From Eledone cirrhosa (Eukaryota): a stretch of 64,000 nucleotides of DNA. Under the pieces are notes generated by a model. It was given only the letters and a program-made list of their open reading frames with translations, did no database searches and was not told the DNA's origin. A program made the translations under genes and the position numbers. Shown one piece after another: positions 26,481-41,219 of this stretch. Each line of letters opens with the position of its first letter. The first letter of the stretch is position 1. The stretch spans positions 71,858,001 through 71,922,000 of the forward strand of contig OZ024744.1 of assembly GCA_964016885.1 (NCBI GenBank). Direction: 5' to 3'.

Positions 26481-26750
26481 GCTGTAAATATTGAGTTGTA
26501 CGCCGAATGGCCCCCGAGAATGACATTATGGGAACAAGGCTCTGCCACATGCACGTTAATGTCACGTGGAGGATGTTTTGTTCATAAAACAATTGGAACG
26601 CTGATCGTCGGTATCGACGGAAGAGCAGCACACTCACATATTCCTTTATGAATGGTTAAGTGGTGAATCTCCAGAGTAACAAGGCTCAGGACTTGACCAT
26701 AATGAATGAATACTTAAAGTCTACATTGAGTATACATTTTCACGTCCGAC

Positions 26751-26864
<114 letters not shown>

Positions 26865-26880
26865 TCCCTTCCATATACTG

Positions 26881-26911
<31 letters not shown>

Positions 26912-27290
26912 CAGTTGTAGTCCTGTAGAAGCCATTTCTATATAAAATTTGTTGTATACACTCTATTAATATATTGAGTACCTTAATAACTGTGGTTACC
27001 CCCGATTGAACCCGGGACACACACACATATATAGGATGCATTACTAATTTGCATATACATTACGCAACTTGGAGTGTAACTTACGAATTCCCAGAAATTA
27101 TCGAAGATATTTATTGATTAATATCTATCGATCAGGTCGCATTATTCATTGTGTCACTATTACTTAACTTCTCGTGTTCATTCTGAGGAGAAATTTATTA
27201 ATTACTCTATCATCGAGTGCATTGTAGCAGCTTTCGAAGATCGGATGCTAATCTGCTACTTGCAGCTCCAACTTCGATTATACCCATTAC

Positions 27291-27378
<88 letters not shown>

Positions 27379-28029
27379 GTACATATATAAAAGCTGGAAA
27401 GGTGTACTAAATGTTGTATATGAGAAATGTTTAATTTATTAAATCATCCTTCGCTGACAGAGAACGTTAAACAAAGACATTTGTGACTGTTAAGGATTCC
27501 GAGTAAGAAAGGAAGATAATTTAAATATAATGTATAAAATGAGAAGCCGGCTTAACCAGTTCTCTCATTCTGCTAAAAATATAGCAATTTCTTTCTCACG
27601 TTATACATTTCCTTCGAGATGAAAAAAAAAATGATATATATGGTATTGGGATGATTTATAAATGCAGCTTACTATACATGTGGGTAAGATAATTTTCACA
27701 TTTGTACTATTTTGAATGAAATGTTACAGAAAGGTTCTAAGCATTCCATGCAATGAACATCGTCATGAAGAGAGTTGTGAAGGAATTCTGTCAATTGTTG
27801 AAAGTGGTTTTGTACTGTAATACGACACCATGCCACCATCCCTTTAACGAATATGCTCATGCATGAACAAACATCCATAAATGATTTATAAATATAAGAA
27901 AGACCACAAAGAGAGTGATTGAGTAAGGTCAAGCAATGGACAAGTAGAAAGATAGTGGAAAATACGAGGTTCAATAATAACTAGGAAAGATGGACGGGAA
28001 GGGGATGAGAATATATAAGCCACTATGGA

Positions 28030-28290
28030 CGAAAGGCAGAGCTAATCTCGGCGGGATTTGAACTCAGAACGTAAATGACCGTAACGCTATGCCGCAAAGC
28101 ATATTGTCCAACGCTCTGCCGACTGGCCTAAAACATTTGATACTGTTCCCCACTCGTGGAATTTGAAAACTTTGGAATGTTCTGAAAAATGTCCCTAGTA
28201 ATATCGACCACGCAAGGATAAAAGGCAAAGCTAACCTTCGCAGGATTTGAACTCAGAACGCAGAGGGACGTAACTCGATGCTGCGAAGCT
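28030..28290 (-). mobile_element. Two partial SINE family A copies
   Basis: ctcggcgggatttgaactcagaacg occurs twice with partial core. Confidence 0.7.
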
Positions 28291-28489
28291 GGTGTTTGTC
28301 TTTTCGTTTGTGTCGGTAAGCCACAACTTAGCTGTTCGATAAAGAGAGATCGATGAAATAAGTATCAGACTTGCAAAATATATACTTGTGTCTATATAAG
28401 CGACTAAAACTTCATTCAAAGCCGTGTTCCAGTATAGCCACAACCTAATGACTGATGAGATGGCATTTTAAAATGGAAAAAAGAAATGT

Positions 28490-28860
28490 AATTTATTTAA
28501 AAATCATTGATATTATGTCACTTCAGAAGCTCTCTACATTCCAGAACCATATCATGAAACTTATGATTGGCAAGCGGCTTAGCGATCGTATCTGTATCAA
28601 TGAGCTGCTCAACATTACAAGACTTAGACTAATTACATCAATTGTTAAATCAAGAGTACTCAAACTATGCGGCCATATAAAAAGATCAACTCGTGGTGTG
28701 AGTAGGTTATGCCTGGAAGGAAGGTTGGTTAGTAAAAGAAGCAGAGGCCGGCAGCCAAAACGATAGCTTGATAATGTCAACTTATGAACTGGACGTGGTC
28801 TTTGCTCTTTAAACTCTGCTGCTGGTGATCGAACTTTGTGGATAGAGATATCACATGTTG
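28490..28860 (+). mobile_element. Degenerate RTE-clade LINE 3' end
   Basis: SRVLKLCGHIKRS..LEGRLVSKRSRGRQPKR(W>*)LDNV..W..DR.LW, typical RTE C-terminal motifs. Confidence 0.75.
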
Positions 28861-28949
28861 ATGCGCAGTCTGCAACTGGCGGAGTTTAGAGTCACAAGAA
28901 TTATGTCTCTGATTATCGTCAGCTATTTTATTTTTGGATATATACATTC

Positions 28950-29115
28950 TAAGCGGCGAAATGGCAGAGTCGTTAGAACATTGGATAGAATGTTTTGTGG
29001 CATTCGTTTCGGCTCTCTGCTCTCTGAGTTAAAATCCCGTCGAGGTCAACTTTGTCTTTCATCCAGTCGAGATCGATAAAAAAAAAGTACCAGTCTAGTA
29101 CTGGGGTCGATTTTT
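28950..29115 (+). mobile_element. Diverged SINE family A copy
   Basis: gcggcgaaatggcagagtcgttagaac..gagttaaaatccc..gaggtcaactttgtctttcatcc..aaagtaccag. Confidence 0.72.
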
Positions 29116-30024
29116 CCTCTATATCTCTTTATCACTTCTCTTCTCTCATTCTCTCTATCTCTCTCTAGAAGAAATCTGCTGTATTCAGACTTGAAGGGTT
29201 CTGCCAGGTTTTTTTAAAATGCCCTAGAAACGCTGTATGTCAATACGGTGCGCCTACGATTCCCCCAGGAGTTACGGAACCATGCCTTGCCATATACATT
29301 GTACTAAATTGGATTAATATATACTTCAATGGAATATTGAATAAGATCGATAGAACTCTAAAGATTCCTCGTTCGCATCCATTCAGTTAGTCTACACAAT
29401 TATAAGAATACCACATCTGAGGACACTCAGAATTGAAACAGATAGAAATGTAATGGAGAAAAAAACATCAATAACAATTTTCACAACTAAAGATATGGTT
29501 AATAGACGAACATAATATAATCTTTAAAACAATCAATGATATATGATGTTTGATATTTTCAAAGAAAGCCTTGAACAAAAGAGTAAGGTACACAAACTTA
29601 GTGAAGGACTTGTTGTGTTTTCGAAATAAAAATGTACTTTTATGAGCCTGGTAAAAAAAAAGAAAGAAAATATGCCTGTTTACTGCTGCCATCTACACAT
29701 AACTACATGGTTTGTATATATATATATATATATATACTACCAAATGTATACAAACGTTTAGACATGTATGTATACAAACACTAACATATAAGTATATTGT
29801 GTATAAATTTATGTAAATAGAAAATAAAATATTAACCTCTCGATCATAGAAAAACAAAACAAAAAAACCCCAGAAAATATACACAAACAGCCACACAAAT
29901 ACATATACCTACATATGTGACCGTACGTTAGGGTCTTGAGATTGATGTATTTGTATACTTGTATGTATATACTTTATGGATAAACGCATATGTCAATTAT
30001 ATAGAATGAGGTTGACATATCTTA

Positions 30025-30146
<122 letters not shown>

Positions 30147-32184
30147 AGTGTCAGAGAGAAAGAGAGTGAGTGAGAGATACAGAGAGGGGGTAGGGGGGGA
30201 TGAGAGAGAGAACGAGAGAGAACGAGATAGATAGAAAGATAGATATTTCTCACCGACGTGTACATACTCTCTATATTTTGTGTAGAAATTACAATATGTA
30301 CGTAGAAATCATGTATTCAAAGATGAAATTTTGCACTGTGGACACTCTGAGTTTTGCGTTTCTCGATATTGTTTTATCCCATTATCGTACAGTAACGTTT
30401 TTTTCTAAATTAATTGATTGTATATGCGACGGACGTAGTCAAACGAGTGATTAAGATATTGACTAGGCAATGACGGAATCTTAGGTTCAAAACTCCTACG
30501 TGAAAGTTTGGAAAAGTTAATTTTACTGTAAATTCGAGTCAACACAAGCCTTTTTGAGTAAAAAATGGGTGGACAGTGACTGCTTGGAAGGCCATCGAAT
30601 ATGCTGTACCTGTAATTCACTTAGAACAAATGTTGGAACAAAGCAGGTAGATAATGAGCCACGTTGGGATTTAAGCAATTAGAGTAACATAGAAAAAGTT
30701 ATACGGTGTCTCAGATACACAACACATCTTTTTCTTCTACATGTATCTTCCACCAAGAATAAAAAGACCAAAAATGTTAGAGTTTTGTTAAACTATGTAA
30801 AAATATTTTAGGATTTGAATGTAGAGCACTTTCATACTATATAATCATCTATTGATCAAATGAGGCATATTTAATACATATGTAGTTAATACCTATGTAG
30901 CAAACCTATAGCCACAGAAAATACCATGTCTGAATTCAGTCATTTGATATATTGATTTAACACCGGATATTACATAAAAATACCCTCCAGCAAGTTTTAA
31001 ATGGCCAGCTAAAATATGGATATGAAGCACGCTTGGCCTACGAAATATAAATAAAGATAGTTATGACTGTATATTGACGGGAAGTTCAAGATGCATGTCA
31101 CACCCCGGCGTATTTACTAAACAATAAAATATCGCCATTAAAATATATTATTCAAGACATTTGAAGACTACAAGTCGTCTGAAGCTATGATTAATATTAT
31201 CTACATTAATATTCCAAAATTATTCATTTGCAAGCACTTGGATTAAATTTGTAGAATGGTGTATTCTGATCACTTGACGAGCCGATTCCCAATGAAATTT
31301 TCTATGCGTGCTTCGAAGAGACCACCTGCGGCCACTTACATTAAGCTGGGGGTACTTAGAAGAAGCTAAGTAGAGATTAGTAGCAAAGTATGAGTCGTGA
31401 TCATCTCCTCACTCCACAAATAAAACAAAATACCCCAAAAATTTTCAAATAAGCAAAATAAAACTAAATCTGATGGAGAAGGTTTCTTCCTCTTCATGAA
31501 CATTCATTATCACCGACCCACCCTAGACCCTACCTAAACCTAATAATAAAATGCGACACAAAATTCTGGGACAAGCGAAAAAGGAAGACAGTGGGACTTG
31601 CGAAGAATAGAAACTCTACACCTATCTGATGCTGTGAAAGTACGTTAACCACTACGTTAAAGAGCCGTGATTGACTATTTTTATTTGGTCATTTGCGTTA
31701 GGAGACACACATTTCAAATATCAATTTTTCCCAATGTTTTTAAAATGAACTGTTGTAGCTACAGTTCCTTCGCGTATTGGTTGATGTCCTCGCTTGGAAT
31801 GAGAGACATGCGATTTCGATTCCTAGCAGGTTATAACATATATTTACTTGAAGAGCATAATTAACACAATTCACACAACTAGGTCTTTCCGAAACTATAA
31901 TAAAATAACTTAGGTAAAGTTCTTGCTGTAGCAACATACAGGAGACCTCATGATTAAGAAGCACATTTCTGAACCACCGGACTATGTCTGTGCCAATATG
32001 GTATGGTTTGATCCTGTAACTCCCAATAGTGTCGTAGGGGCACGGTATTGACACACGGCGTTTGTTTGGGGGGTTTTTTAAAGCCTGGCAGAGCCCATCC
32101 CTCTCCAGGCCTGAGTACAGCAGATTTCTTCCAGAGAAAGATAGAAAGTGAGAGAAAGGAAACGGGAAAGAGATATAGAGGAAG

Positions 32185-32340
32185 AATCGACCCCAGTACC
32201 AGACTGGTACTTGTTTATCGACCACGAATGGAGGCACAGCTGACCTCGGTGGTATTTGAACTCAGGGAGCCGAGAACCGGAACGAATACCATTAAGCATT
32301 CTATCAGACGTTCTAACGACTCTGCCAATTCGCCGCCTTC
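32185..32340 (-). mobile_element. Diverged SINE family A copy; another partial copy at 32665-32775
   Basis: tcgaccccagtac..ctggtactt..tcgac..gacctcgg..atttgaactcag..tctgccaattcgccgcc. Confidence 0.72.
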
Positions 32341-32842
32341 TGCTCCAATAAACAACATACCTATTCCAGTTCCCTATACACAGCCAATACTATTTCTGGA
32401 AATTAAATGTTTATGATAAGCATCTTATTTCCTTCACCACAGAGTTGACACGTTTACTAAATAATTTTGTAGACTAATCAACGAGGGAGTTTATATATCT
32501 TCGTTTAAGCTGGTATATGTAGCAATAGAATCTTCACGAAATCAACACATACCGTTTTAAAATAAGATAGAAAGAACATAGACAATATGATCTTAGAATG
32601 ATAATCATAAAAAAGGATGCTAGTGACAGAAATGCCTCTGATCATAGGTTTGCTATTTCAAAACAATAATTGTTTCTACTTTAGGCACAAGGCCAGAAAT
32701 TACCCAGTTCATTACTGGTACTTTATTTTATTGACCCCGTAAGGATGAAAGGCAAAGTTAACCTCGGCGGGATTTCAAAACAATAATAACAACAAATAAC
32801 AATTAATATGTAACCAACACACACACACGCACGTACGTACAG

Positions 32843-32917
<75 letters not shown>

Positions 32918-33439
32918 TGAAAAGATTCGAGACCCCGACGGCTGAGCTCCGGCCGTTTCGACAGCTAGATCCGAACAGCCGTCGGGGTTCCGAACCTTTT
33001 CATGTTACCTTCTACTGCCCCAAGTATCGAGTACTCTGGGTGGTTATGCTCCACCTGGTATTTTACCACACCCTCTCTGATATATATATATATATATACA
33101 CACACACAAACACTACGCACACCAATGCAAATTGATTTCCCCTTGATTTGATGTGGACGTTTTTATGCAGTTGTTCGACATACAGGAAATAGCTGCAAAA
33201 TCTCTTAAACTACACACTGAAAATACACACTACTGTCTTAGTAAGGGAAGGACACGTTACATAATGTAATCTTCGTTTCTCTCTAAAAGTATTGTATGGT
33301 CACGGCTAGAACAGCTTTGATCATAATTGTATTTGTTCAGAGTGATGACCTGGGGATAAAGAACAACAATAAAAACAACATTAACAGAAGTGGGATTGAA
33401 TTTAGTCACCATGTTTCGTAGGTCGTAGTAATTTCTTGG

Positions 33440-34405
33440 AAGAATAGGACAAATGGTGAAACACAGGTCATAGCAATCTCAAGGAAGAATAGATCAAATG
33501 ATGGAATACTGGTCATAGCAAACTCAAGGAAGAATGGATCAAATGATGAATACTGGTCATAGCAAACTCAACGAAGAATGGATCAAATGATGGAATACTG
33601 GTCATAGCAAACTCAACGAAGAATGGATCAAATGATGGAATACTGGTCATAGCAAACTCAAGGAAGAATGGATCAAATGATGAATACTGGTCATAGCAAA
33701 CTCAAGGAAGAATGGATCAAATGATGGAATACTGGTCATAGCAAACTCAACGAAGAATGGATCAAATGATGGAATACTGGTCATAGCAAACTCAAGGAAG
33801 AATGGATCAAATGATGGAATACTGGTCATAGCAAACTCAAGGAAGAATGGATCAAATGATGGAATACTGGTCATAGTAAACTCAAGGAAGAAGGGATCAA
33901 ATGATGGAATACTGGTCATAGCAAACTCAAGGAAGAATGGATCAAATGATGGAATACTGGTCATAGCAAACTCAACGAAGAATGGATCAAATGATGGAAT
34001 ACTGGTCATAGCAAACTCAAGGAAGAATGGATCAAATGATGGAATACTGGTCATAGCAAACTCAAGGAAGAATGGATCAAATGATGGAATACTGGTCATA
34101 GCAAACTCAAGGAAGAATGGATCAAATGATGGAATACTGTCACAGCATTCTCAAGGAAGAATGGATCAAATGATGGAATACTGGTCATAGCAAACTCAAG
34201 GAAGAATGGATCAAATGATGGAATACTGATCATAGCAAACTCAAGGAAGAATGGATCAAATGATGGAATACTGATCATAGCAAACTCAAGGAAGAATGGA
34301 TCAAATGATAGATTACTGGTCACAGCAATCTCAAGGAAGAGTAGGTCATATGATGAAACATAGGTCATAGCGATTTCAAGGAAGAGTAGGTCAAATTATT
34401 GAACA
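33440..34405. repeat. 45-bp minisatellite, about 21 units, homogeneous centre and diverged edges
   Basis: Unit ggtcatagcaaactcaaggaagaatggatcaaatgatggaatact; three 44-nt units near 33550, 33685 and 34140. Confidence 0.95.
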
Positions 34406-35102
34406 GAGGGCAGGGGGCCTTTGTCGCTTACTGGGGGTATTGTGAGCGAAAACATTCCTCGGAGAGTATTGTCACTGCTTTGAAATTTTACTGCTAGTCA
34501 AACAGTGGAATAAATATTATGTCACGAGGAAGAAGAAACGCTTAATGTTTTGCGAAGCGAAAGAGAGTTTTTTTTTTTGTTTTTTTTTTTGGTGTTAAAG
34601 AATAAAAAAAAAAATTATGAATAGTGTGAATTTTGAAAACTATTATAGCAGTGGAGAGTAATAGAAGAAGAAATAAACAAGAACAAAAGAGCGACAGTAT
34701 AAAAGAAAAACAAGTGTTAATGGTGGTGTGATTTACAGGAACGCCAACGACTTTAAAACAATTTGAGAGGAGTAGGTGGTATAAATAAGGAAATAATTTA
34801 AATTAATTCACATGCTTCAGAGAACATGTGATCTTTGTTAACGCGTACAGTGTAAGTTAGGATCATGTGTCGGAACTATTGAAATTCGTCAGCGAAGCGT
34901 GGACAACATGTATTCGTCTGATCAATACACACATATATGTATGCGTGAGTGTGTCATTCCATTCATCAATGCATGCACTTGATTTTTCTTAATCCATAAG
35001 ATTAACATTATGATATTTGAAGTATTTCTTTGACAGCAACTTCATTTTTATTACGCTTATTTCAACTCACAAAAAGTTATTCGTAACCATATTTTCTCTC
35101 CC

Positions 35103-35173
<71 letters not shown>

Positions 35174-35231
35174 ATATATATATATATATATATATACATA
35201 TAGCTATATATATATAGCTATATATATATAG

Positions 35232-35544
<313 letters not shown>

Positions 35545-35675
35545 CCGGGTTGGTTCAATCTGGGGGTAATTGTAAGGTTCCCAAAACATTAGTAGAGTAT
35601 AAACATCATGTATAATATAGAAATGGCTTCTACAGGACTAGAACTGTTTCATTCAAAAGAAGTCATTTCTATATT

Positions 35676-35747
<72 letters not shown>

Positions 35748-36094
35748 TGTATATAATATTTATTGACCATGGGGCTTCAAATTTTCTTTGCTTCGCTGAA
35801 TAGTTTTAATAATATTGAAGTATGTCCGTTGCTGTCAGTCCACACTAGCAACAACCAGAACACTCTTAAGTATGATAAATAATCTTTGAATAAATTCTTA
35901 ATTCAGTGAAATTATAAATTATATTTCCTCTTTTCTTTGTGGGTCGTTAGATGTCTTGTTTTCATTTTCTAACTAAAAGTAAAGCTTCAATCTATTAATA
36001 TATTTTAAGGACGCCTTTACTTGATTTATCTCATTCCACGCCATTAACTTATTTCAGTGTTTTCTTTATTCAATTTCCTTATAGTTATCGATGG

Positions 36095-36298
36095 TCGATC
36101 GATTTATGTAAAATCGCACCGAGGAAACAATGTCTCCATTGGTCTTTCCAATTGCTAATACTTTCTATCGGTCACAACTCCATGAGCAACGTGAAATACA
36201 GTGTCTTGCCCAAAGATATAAAACATTGTCCGGTCCGGGTATCGAACTCACAACCTCACGATTGAGAGTCCAATTCTCTAACTACTCACCCACGCGCA
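36095..36298 (-). mobile_element. SINE family B
   Basis: Reverse complement of family head, body and tail. Confidence 0.75.
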
Positions 36299-36327
36299 CC
36301 TTCATATATATATATATATACATACAT

Positions 36328-36414
<87 letters not shown>

Positions 36415-36481
36415 CAATTGTCTATCTCTATATCTATCTATCAATTAATCAATTTACCTACCTACCTATTTCTATCTCTCC

Positions 36482-36568
<87 letters not shown>

Positions 36569-36678
36569 AACAGATTACAAATGTTTGTGTGAGCTTTTAT
36601 AGATATATGTATATAGAATAGATGTGTGTGTACAATATATATTTATGTATACACACGTGTAAATTCAAACACAGTTCG

Positions 36679-36714
<36 letters not shown>

Positions 36715-37181
36715 GCTTCAATCATTCCCTCATTTATTCTCTTCAAATCTCTCTCTCAATTCCCCCTCTACCACTCTCTTTGTCCCCCTCTGTTATATCT
36801 CTTTAACCTTTCTACTATTTTCACTTCATAAAGGTGGATTTAGGTGTGTCTGTATATAGCAAAATAGATTCATTGTTGTGACAGTACTTAGGCATGCGTA
36901 AAAAGGAATGTACACTGTATTTATTATAATTGCAAAATTTTCGCTGAAAAGAGAATAAACCTCTTCATAGACGTTATTCAGATGACAGAAATACTTTATC
37001 AATGGCAGTTATAGTATATATGTAAAATTTCACTATAGCTAGCTTTTATGATTGTTAAATCAGTCGTGTGATTGTATGTAGGTATCTGTGAAAAACCTTG
37101 GTATGTACTTGTTTCAAATGATAGCGTATACAATGCGCATATGCCGATGTATGTGTGTGAGTGCATGTAATTATATACATA

Positions 37182-37228
<47 letters not shown>

Positions 37229-37247
37229 TTACACACATATACGCATA

Positions 37248-37295
<48 letters not shown>

Positions 37296-37423
37296 TGAGG
37301 GTTTATATAAATATCTACATATATGAGGACGATGTTTGTATATGATGTATGTTCAGGCTTTTTCATGCAGAAATATATAATTTAATTTTAAGTCAACATA
37401 TGTATTTGACAATGAATACATAC

Positions 37424-37464
<41 letters not shown>

Positions 37465-37905
37465 TGTGTGTCTATGTATGTGTGTGCGTATATATATATA
37501 TATAACATATATATACATAACATATATATATATATGTGTGTGTAATGGCACATGTCCACATCAATCCACATAGGGGTAGGGTGTACGTTTACCTAAATAA
37601 TTACTTGTTGTAATATGTAACTTACTTTTGCATGTATATATGCACCAAGGTGTGAAATATATTCAACAGCAGCACAAATCAGAATGAAACTTTGAAAATC
37701 GACTCAAAGCGAAACCGGTTAGAATCAAATCTGTTTAGATAATAATGTCTATTTCCGATAGTCTATCGGTAACAATTAAAATCAAAATAAAATATAATCT
37801 ATTTTGTCTGAACTTCTTTATTTTCCTTGGCTTCATCTTTACATATTTATTATTTCCACTATACAACCTAAATTATATAAAATTCTTTATTTTCTAACAT
37901 GTTGA

Positions 37906-37964
<59 letters not shown>

Positions 37965-38015
37965 CATATATATATATACATATATAAATATTATGCATAT
38001 ATATATATATATATT

Positions 38016-38099
<84 letters not shown>

Positions 38100-38219
38100 A
38101 TGCGTAGTATATAATGTAGAAAAATGATGTTTTAAGAAGGCTAAGAAAATGCGAAAACAGACTTTAAAATTTAGTTTAAATGAAGGCAACGAAAAAGTTT
38201 GTTACTGGTATTTATTTTT

Positions 38220-38592
38220 GGATTGGCAGTATCGGTAGAGGGTCGGACGCCATGCTTTGCAGCATAGTTACGTCCCTTTACGATCTGAGTTCAAATCCCG
38301 CCGAGGTTGACTTTGCCTTTCATCCTTACGGGGTCTATAAAATAAAGTACCAGTAATGCACTGGGTAATTGCTGGCCTTGTGCCTAAAGTAGAAACAATT
38401 ATTATTTGGCAGTATCGGTAGAGGGTCGGACACCATGCTTTCTAGCATAGTTACGTCCCTTTACAGTCTGAGTTCAAATCCCGCCGAGGTTAACTTTGCC
38501 TTTCATCCTTACGGGGTCGATAAAATAAAGTACCAGTAATGTACTGGTTAATTGCTGGCCTTGTGCCAAAAGTAGAAACAATTATTATTATT
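38220..38592 (+). mobile_element. Two tandem SINE family A copies
   Basis: Near-identical units 38220-38406 and 38407-38592 joined through the (ATT)n tail. Confidence 0.9.
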
Positions 38593-38594
38593 TT

Positions 38595-38985
38595 TTGTTT
38601 TTCGTCTTAATATTTCAGACTTTAATTTTGGACGCCTACAATCACTCTGTTGCGACCCTTCGTATCTGCTTGTACCACAAGTGCAAGATGGAGGACTTAT
38701 TTCCAAGCCAAGCTTTCTAAGCCTCTTTCTTTGCTCGGATAGCATCTTTGACCTCTTGATTGAACTAATAGGTCCTCTTGCCAGACTGCGCCACACCGAG
38801 CCTCTTTTGCCCGAAGCATTTAACAGCTGAAGCAGAAACTGCTGAGCTGAACAATATTTGCTCTCTCTCATTGTCCTCTGTTTGCTCAGTGATTTCTCTG
38901 AATATGGATGTAATAGTATCTTCATACCTGGTCCTGTCTTCCTTATCCACCAACGATTCCAACTTTATCCTATAGGTCACCCTTC
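38595..38985 (-). mobile_element. Fragment of the endonuclease-RT linker of an RTE-like LINE
   Basis: YRIKLESLVDKEDRTRY..EQILFSSAVSASAVKCFGQKRLG resembles RTE/Expander linker sequence (recalled similarity only). Confidence 0.5.
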
Positions 38986-39108
38986 ATAATATATATTTGA
39001 AAAAAAAAGGAACAACCAGCCGGTGCTATTAATGTAAAATCTAGTGGATATTTTGTTCAAGATATTTACTAGTAACTAAGTTAGTATTTAAATTACTTTA
39101 AATTACTG

Positions 39109-39151
<43 letters not shown>

Positions 39152-39158
<7 letters not shown>

Positions 39159-39345
39159 AACAATACAATATAATTACCTCATTACCAGAGGTTTCCCGAA
39201 TAAGACGAATACAAGAAACGTCCGCATTCGTTCGTCAGACAAGCAAATTGTGCCTTGTCTGACGAACGAATGCGGACGTTTCTTGTATTCGTCTTATTCG
39301 GGAAACCTCTGGTAATGAGGTAATTATATTGTATTGTTTATTATA
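39152..39345. repeat. Perfect palindrome: 92-bp arms with a 10-nt spacer, abutting (TA)n
   Basis: 39152-39243 is the exact reverse complement of 39254-39345 (checked base by base). Confidence 0.97.
39255..39326 (+). ncRNA. Hammerhead ribozyme-like motif with full stem III; mirror copy on minus strand about 39171-39242
   Basis: CTGACGA-[ACGAAT..GACG..CGTC..ATTCGG]-GAAA-CCTC(TGGTAAT)GAGG-TA; core and GUA triplet intact, stem I weak. Confidence 0.55.
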
Positions 39346-39424
39346 CATTAAACTTAGCTCTGTAACTTACATAGAGCACTCTTCACTCCTATGATGTTTT
39401 CAATTTTCAACGGAAACTTCAATA

Positions 39425-39470
<46 letters not shown>

Positions 39471-39529
39471 TTTATTAAAATAAAGTGACGAAATATAAGT
39501 CAATTGCATGAACTCATAATCCTTTATTT

Positions 39530-39585
39530 ACTGCTATATATATTTCGATGATAGCCATTGAATGGCTATGACCTCATCAGGCAGT
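39530..39585 (-). ncRNA. Type I hammerhead ribozyme motif; predicted cleavage between 39535 and 39534
   Basis: ACTGC-CTGATGA-GGTCATAGCCAT(TCA)ATGGCTATCATC-GAAA-TATATA-TA-GCAGT: 5-bp stem I, 11 of 12 bp stem II with G10.1-C11.1, palindromic stem III. Confidence 0.85.
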
Positions 39586-39790
39586 TAGTCAGTTCTTAGA
39601 TATGCCAGCTCTGTGTTTATAGTGTTGATGGTATCAGAGCCTTGGGAATATATATATATACAAAATTTAGTACAGCATCGTCGAAGCTCAGGTTGCAGCC
39701 AAGCTAACGAATGCAGTCGGGGTGTACAGCTAAGCACTCAATAAGGTATATTACCTTAGATTTATAACATTATATGTTTAGACAGCTTTG

Positions 39791-39829
<39 letters not shown>

Positions 39830-39830
<1 letters not shown>

Positions 39831-40380
39831 GGGTCACTTTTGAGTGCTACTGGTAACATGTAACCTAATACAACCTGTCGCATCGTCGGGTCGTCGGCGA
39901 CTAAACCGGCAACCCCACCAAGTTTACTTGGTGAGGAGGGTGATTTTGGACACCCTGCAGGACAAAAAACAATAACAGACAAAGGGCGGAAGAACTCATA
40001 AGAGTCAACGGCTATCCAAAAGTGTGTAAATATGTATATACACATGTACATATGTATGTATGTGTGTATATACATGGGTGCATGTATATGTATATGCGCA
40101 GGGACATAGAAATAGTCTGGCTGGACACCCGATCGTGCGGTTAAATCACTGGGAGAAAAGGACCCCTAGCCTTTGTCAGGGCATTCTTCTAGGAGAAGGC
40201 AACTCAGGAAACTGGGATAACTCCGATATAAAACGTGAGGCTCAGTAGTTACCGATGATGTCGATCTTTTCTTCTTTTCTGGTTATAGCTACTGTCGCTC
40301 AGAGAGTGGGATTGGGTCAGTGCACAGTCTTTCTTCACTTAAAAAAATATCTTCACGCACAGGCATTGCACGATAGAATT
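39830..40380 (+). mobile_element. Non-autonomous RTE 5'UTR-like repeat interrupted by a microsatellite; second copy at 53951-54350
   Basis: Both copies share gtgctactggtaacatgta..ggcgactaaac.ggcaaccccaccaag..cttggtgaggagggtga and ctaggagaagg.aactc; RTE link is recalled similarity. Confidence 0.6.
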
Positions 40381-40465
40381 AATTAATAATGGTATATCAT
40401 GTAATGGCCATACTCGATAACGAGGGGGCAGCCATCATATATATATATATATATATATATTTATA

Positions 40466-41153
<688 letters not shown>

Positions 41154-41219
41154 CGTGCGTGCGTGTATGTTCATAGAACAATTAAAAGACAGAAATCAGG
41201 TGTATATATTTAGTATATA

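Noticed and set aside
28450-28490. CTGATGA..GAAA hammerhead-like string
   Set aside because: No stem I or III; it lies at the mutated end of a MITE-like repeat.
30950-31620. Very old R4-type LINE 3' remnant
   Set aside because: Only faint motif echoes and no alignable stretch by eye.
33440-34405. CRISPR array or C/D snoRNA cluster (atgatg..ctga motifs)
   Set aside because: Units are contiguous with no unique spacers, and the box-like motifs are too close together and inconsistent.
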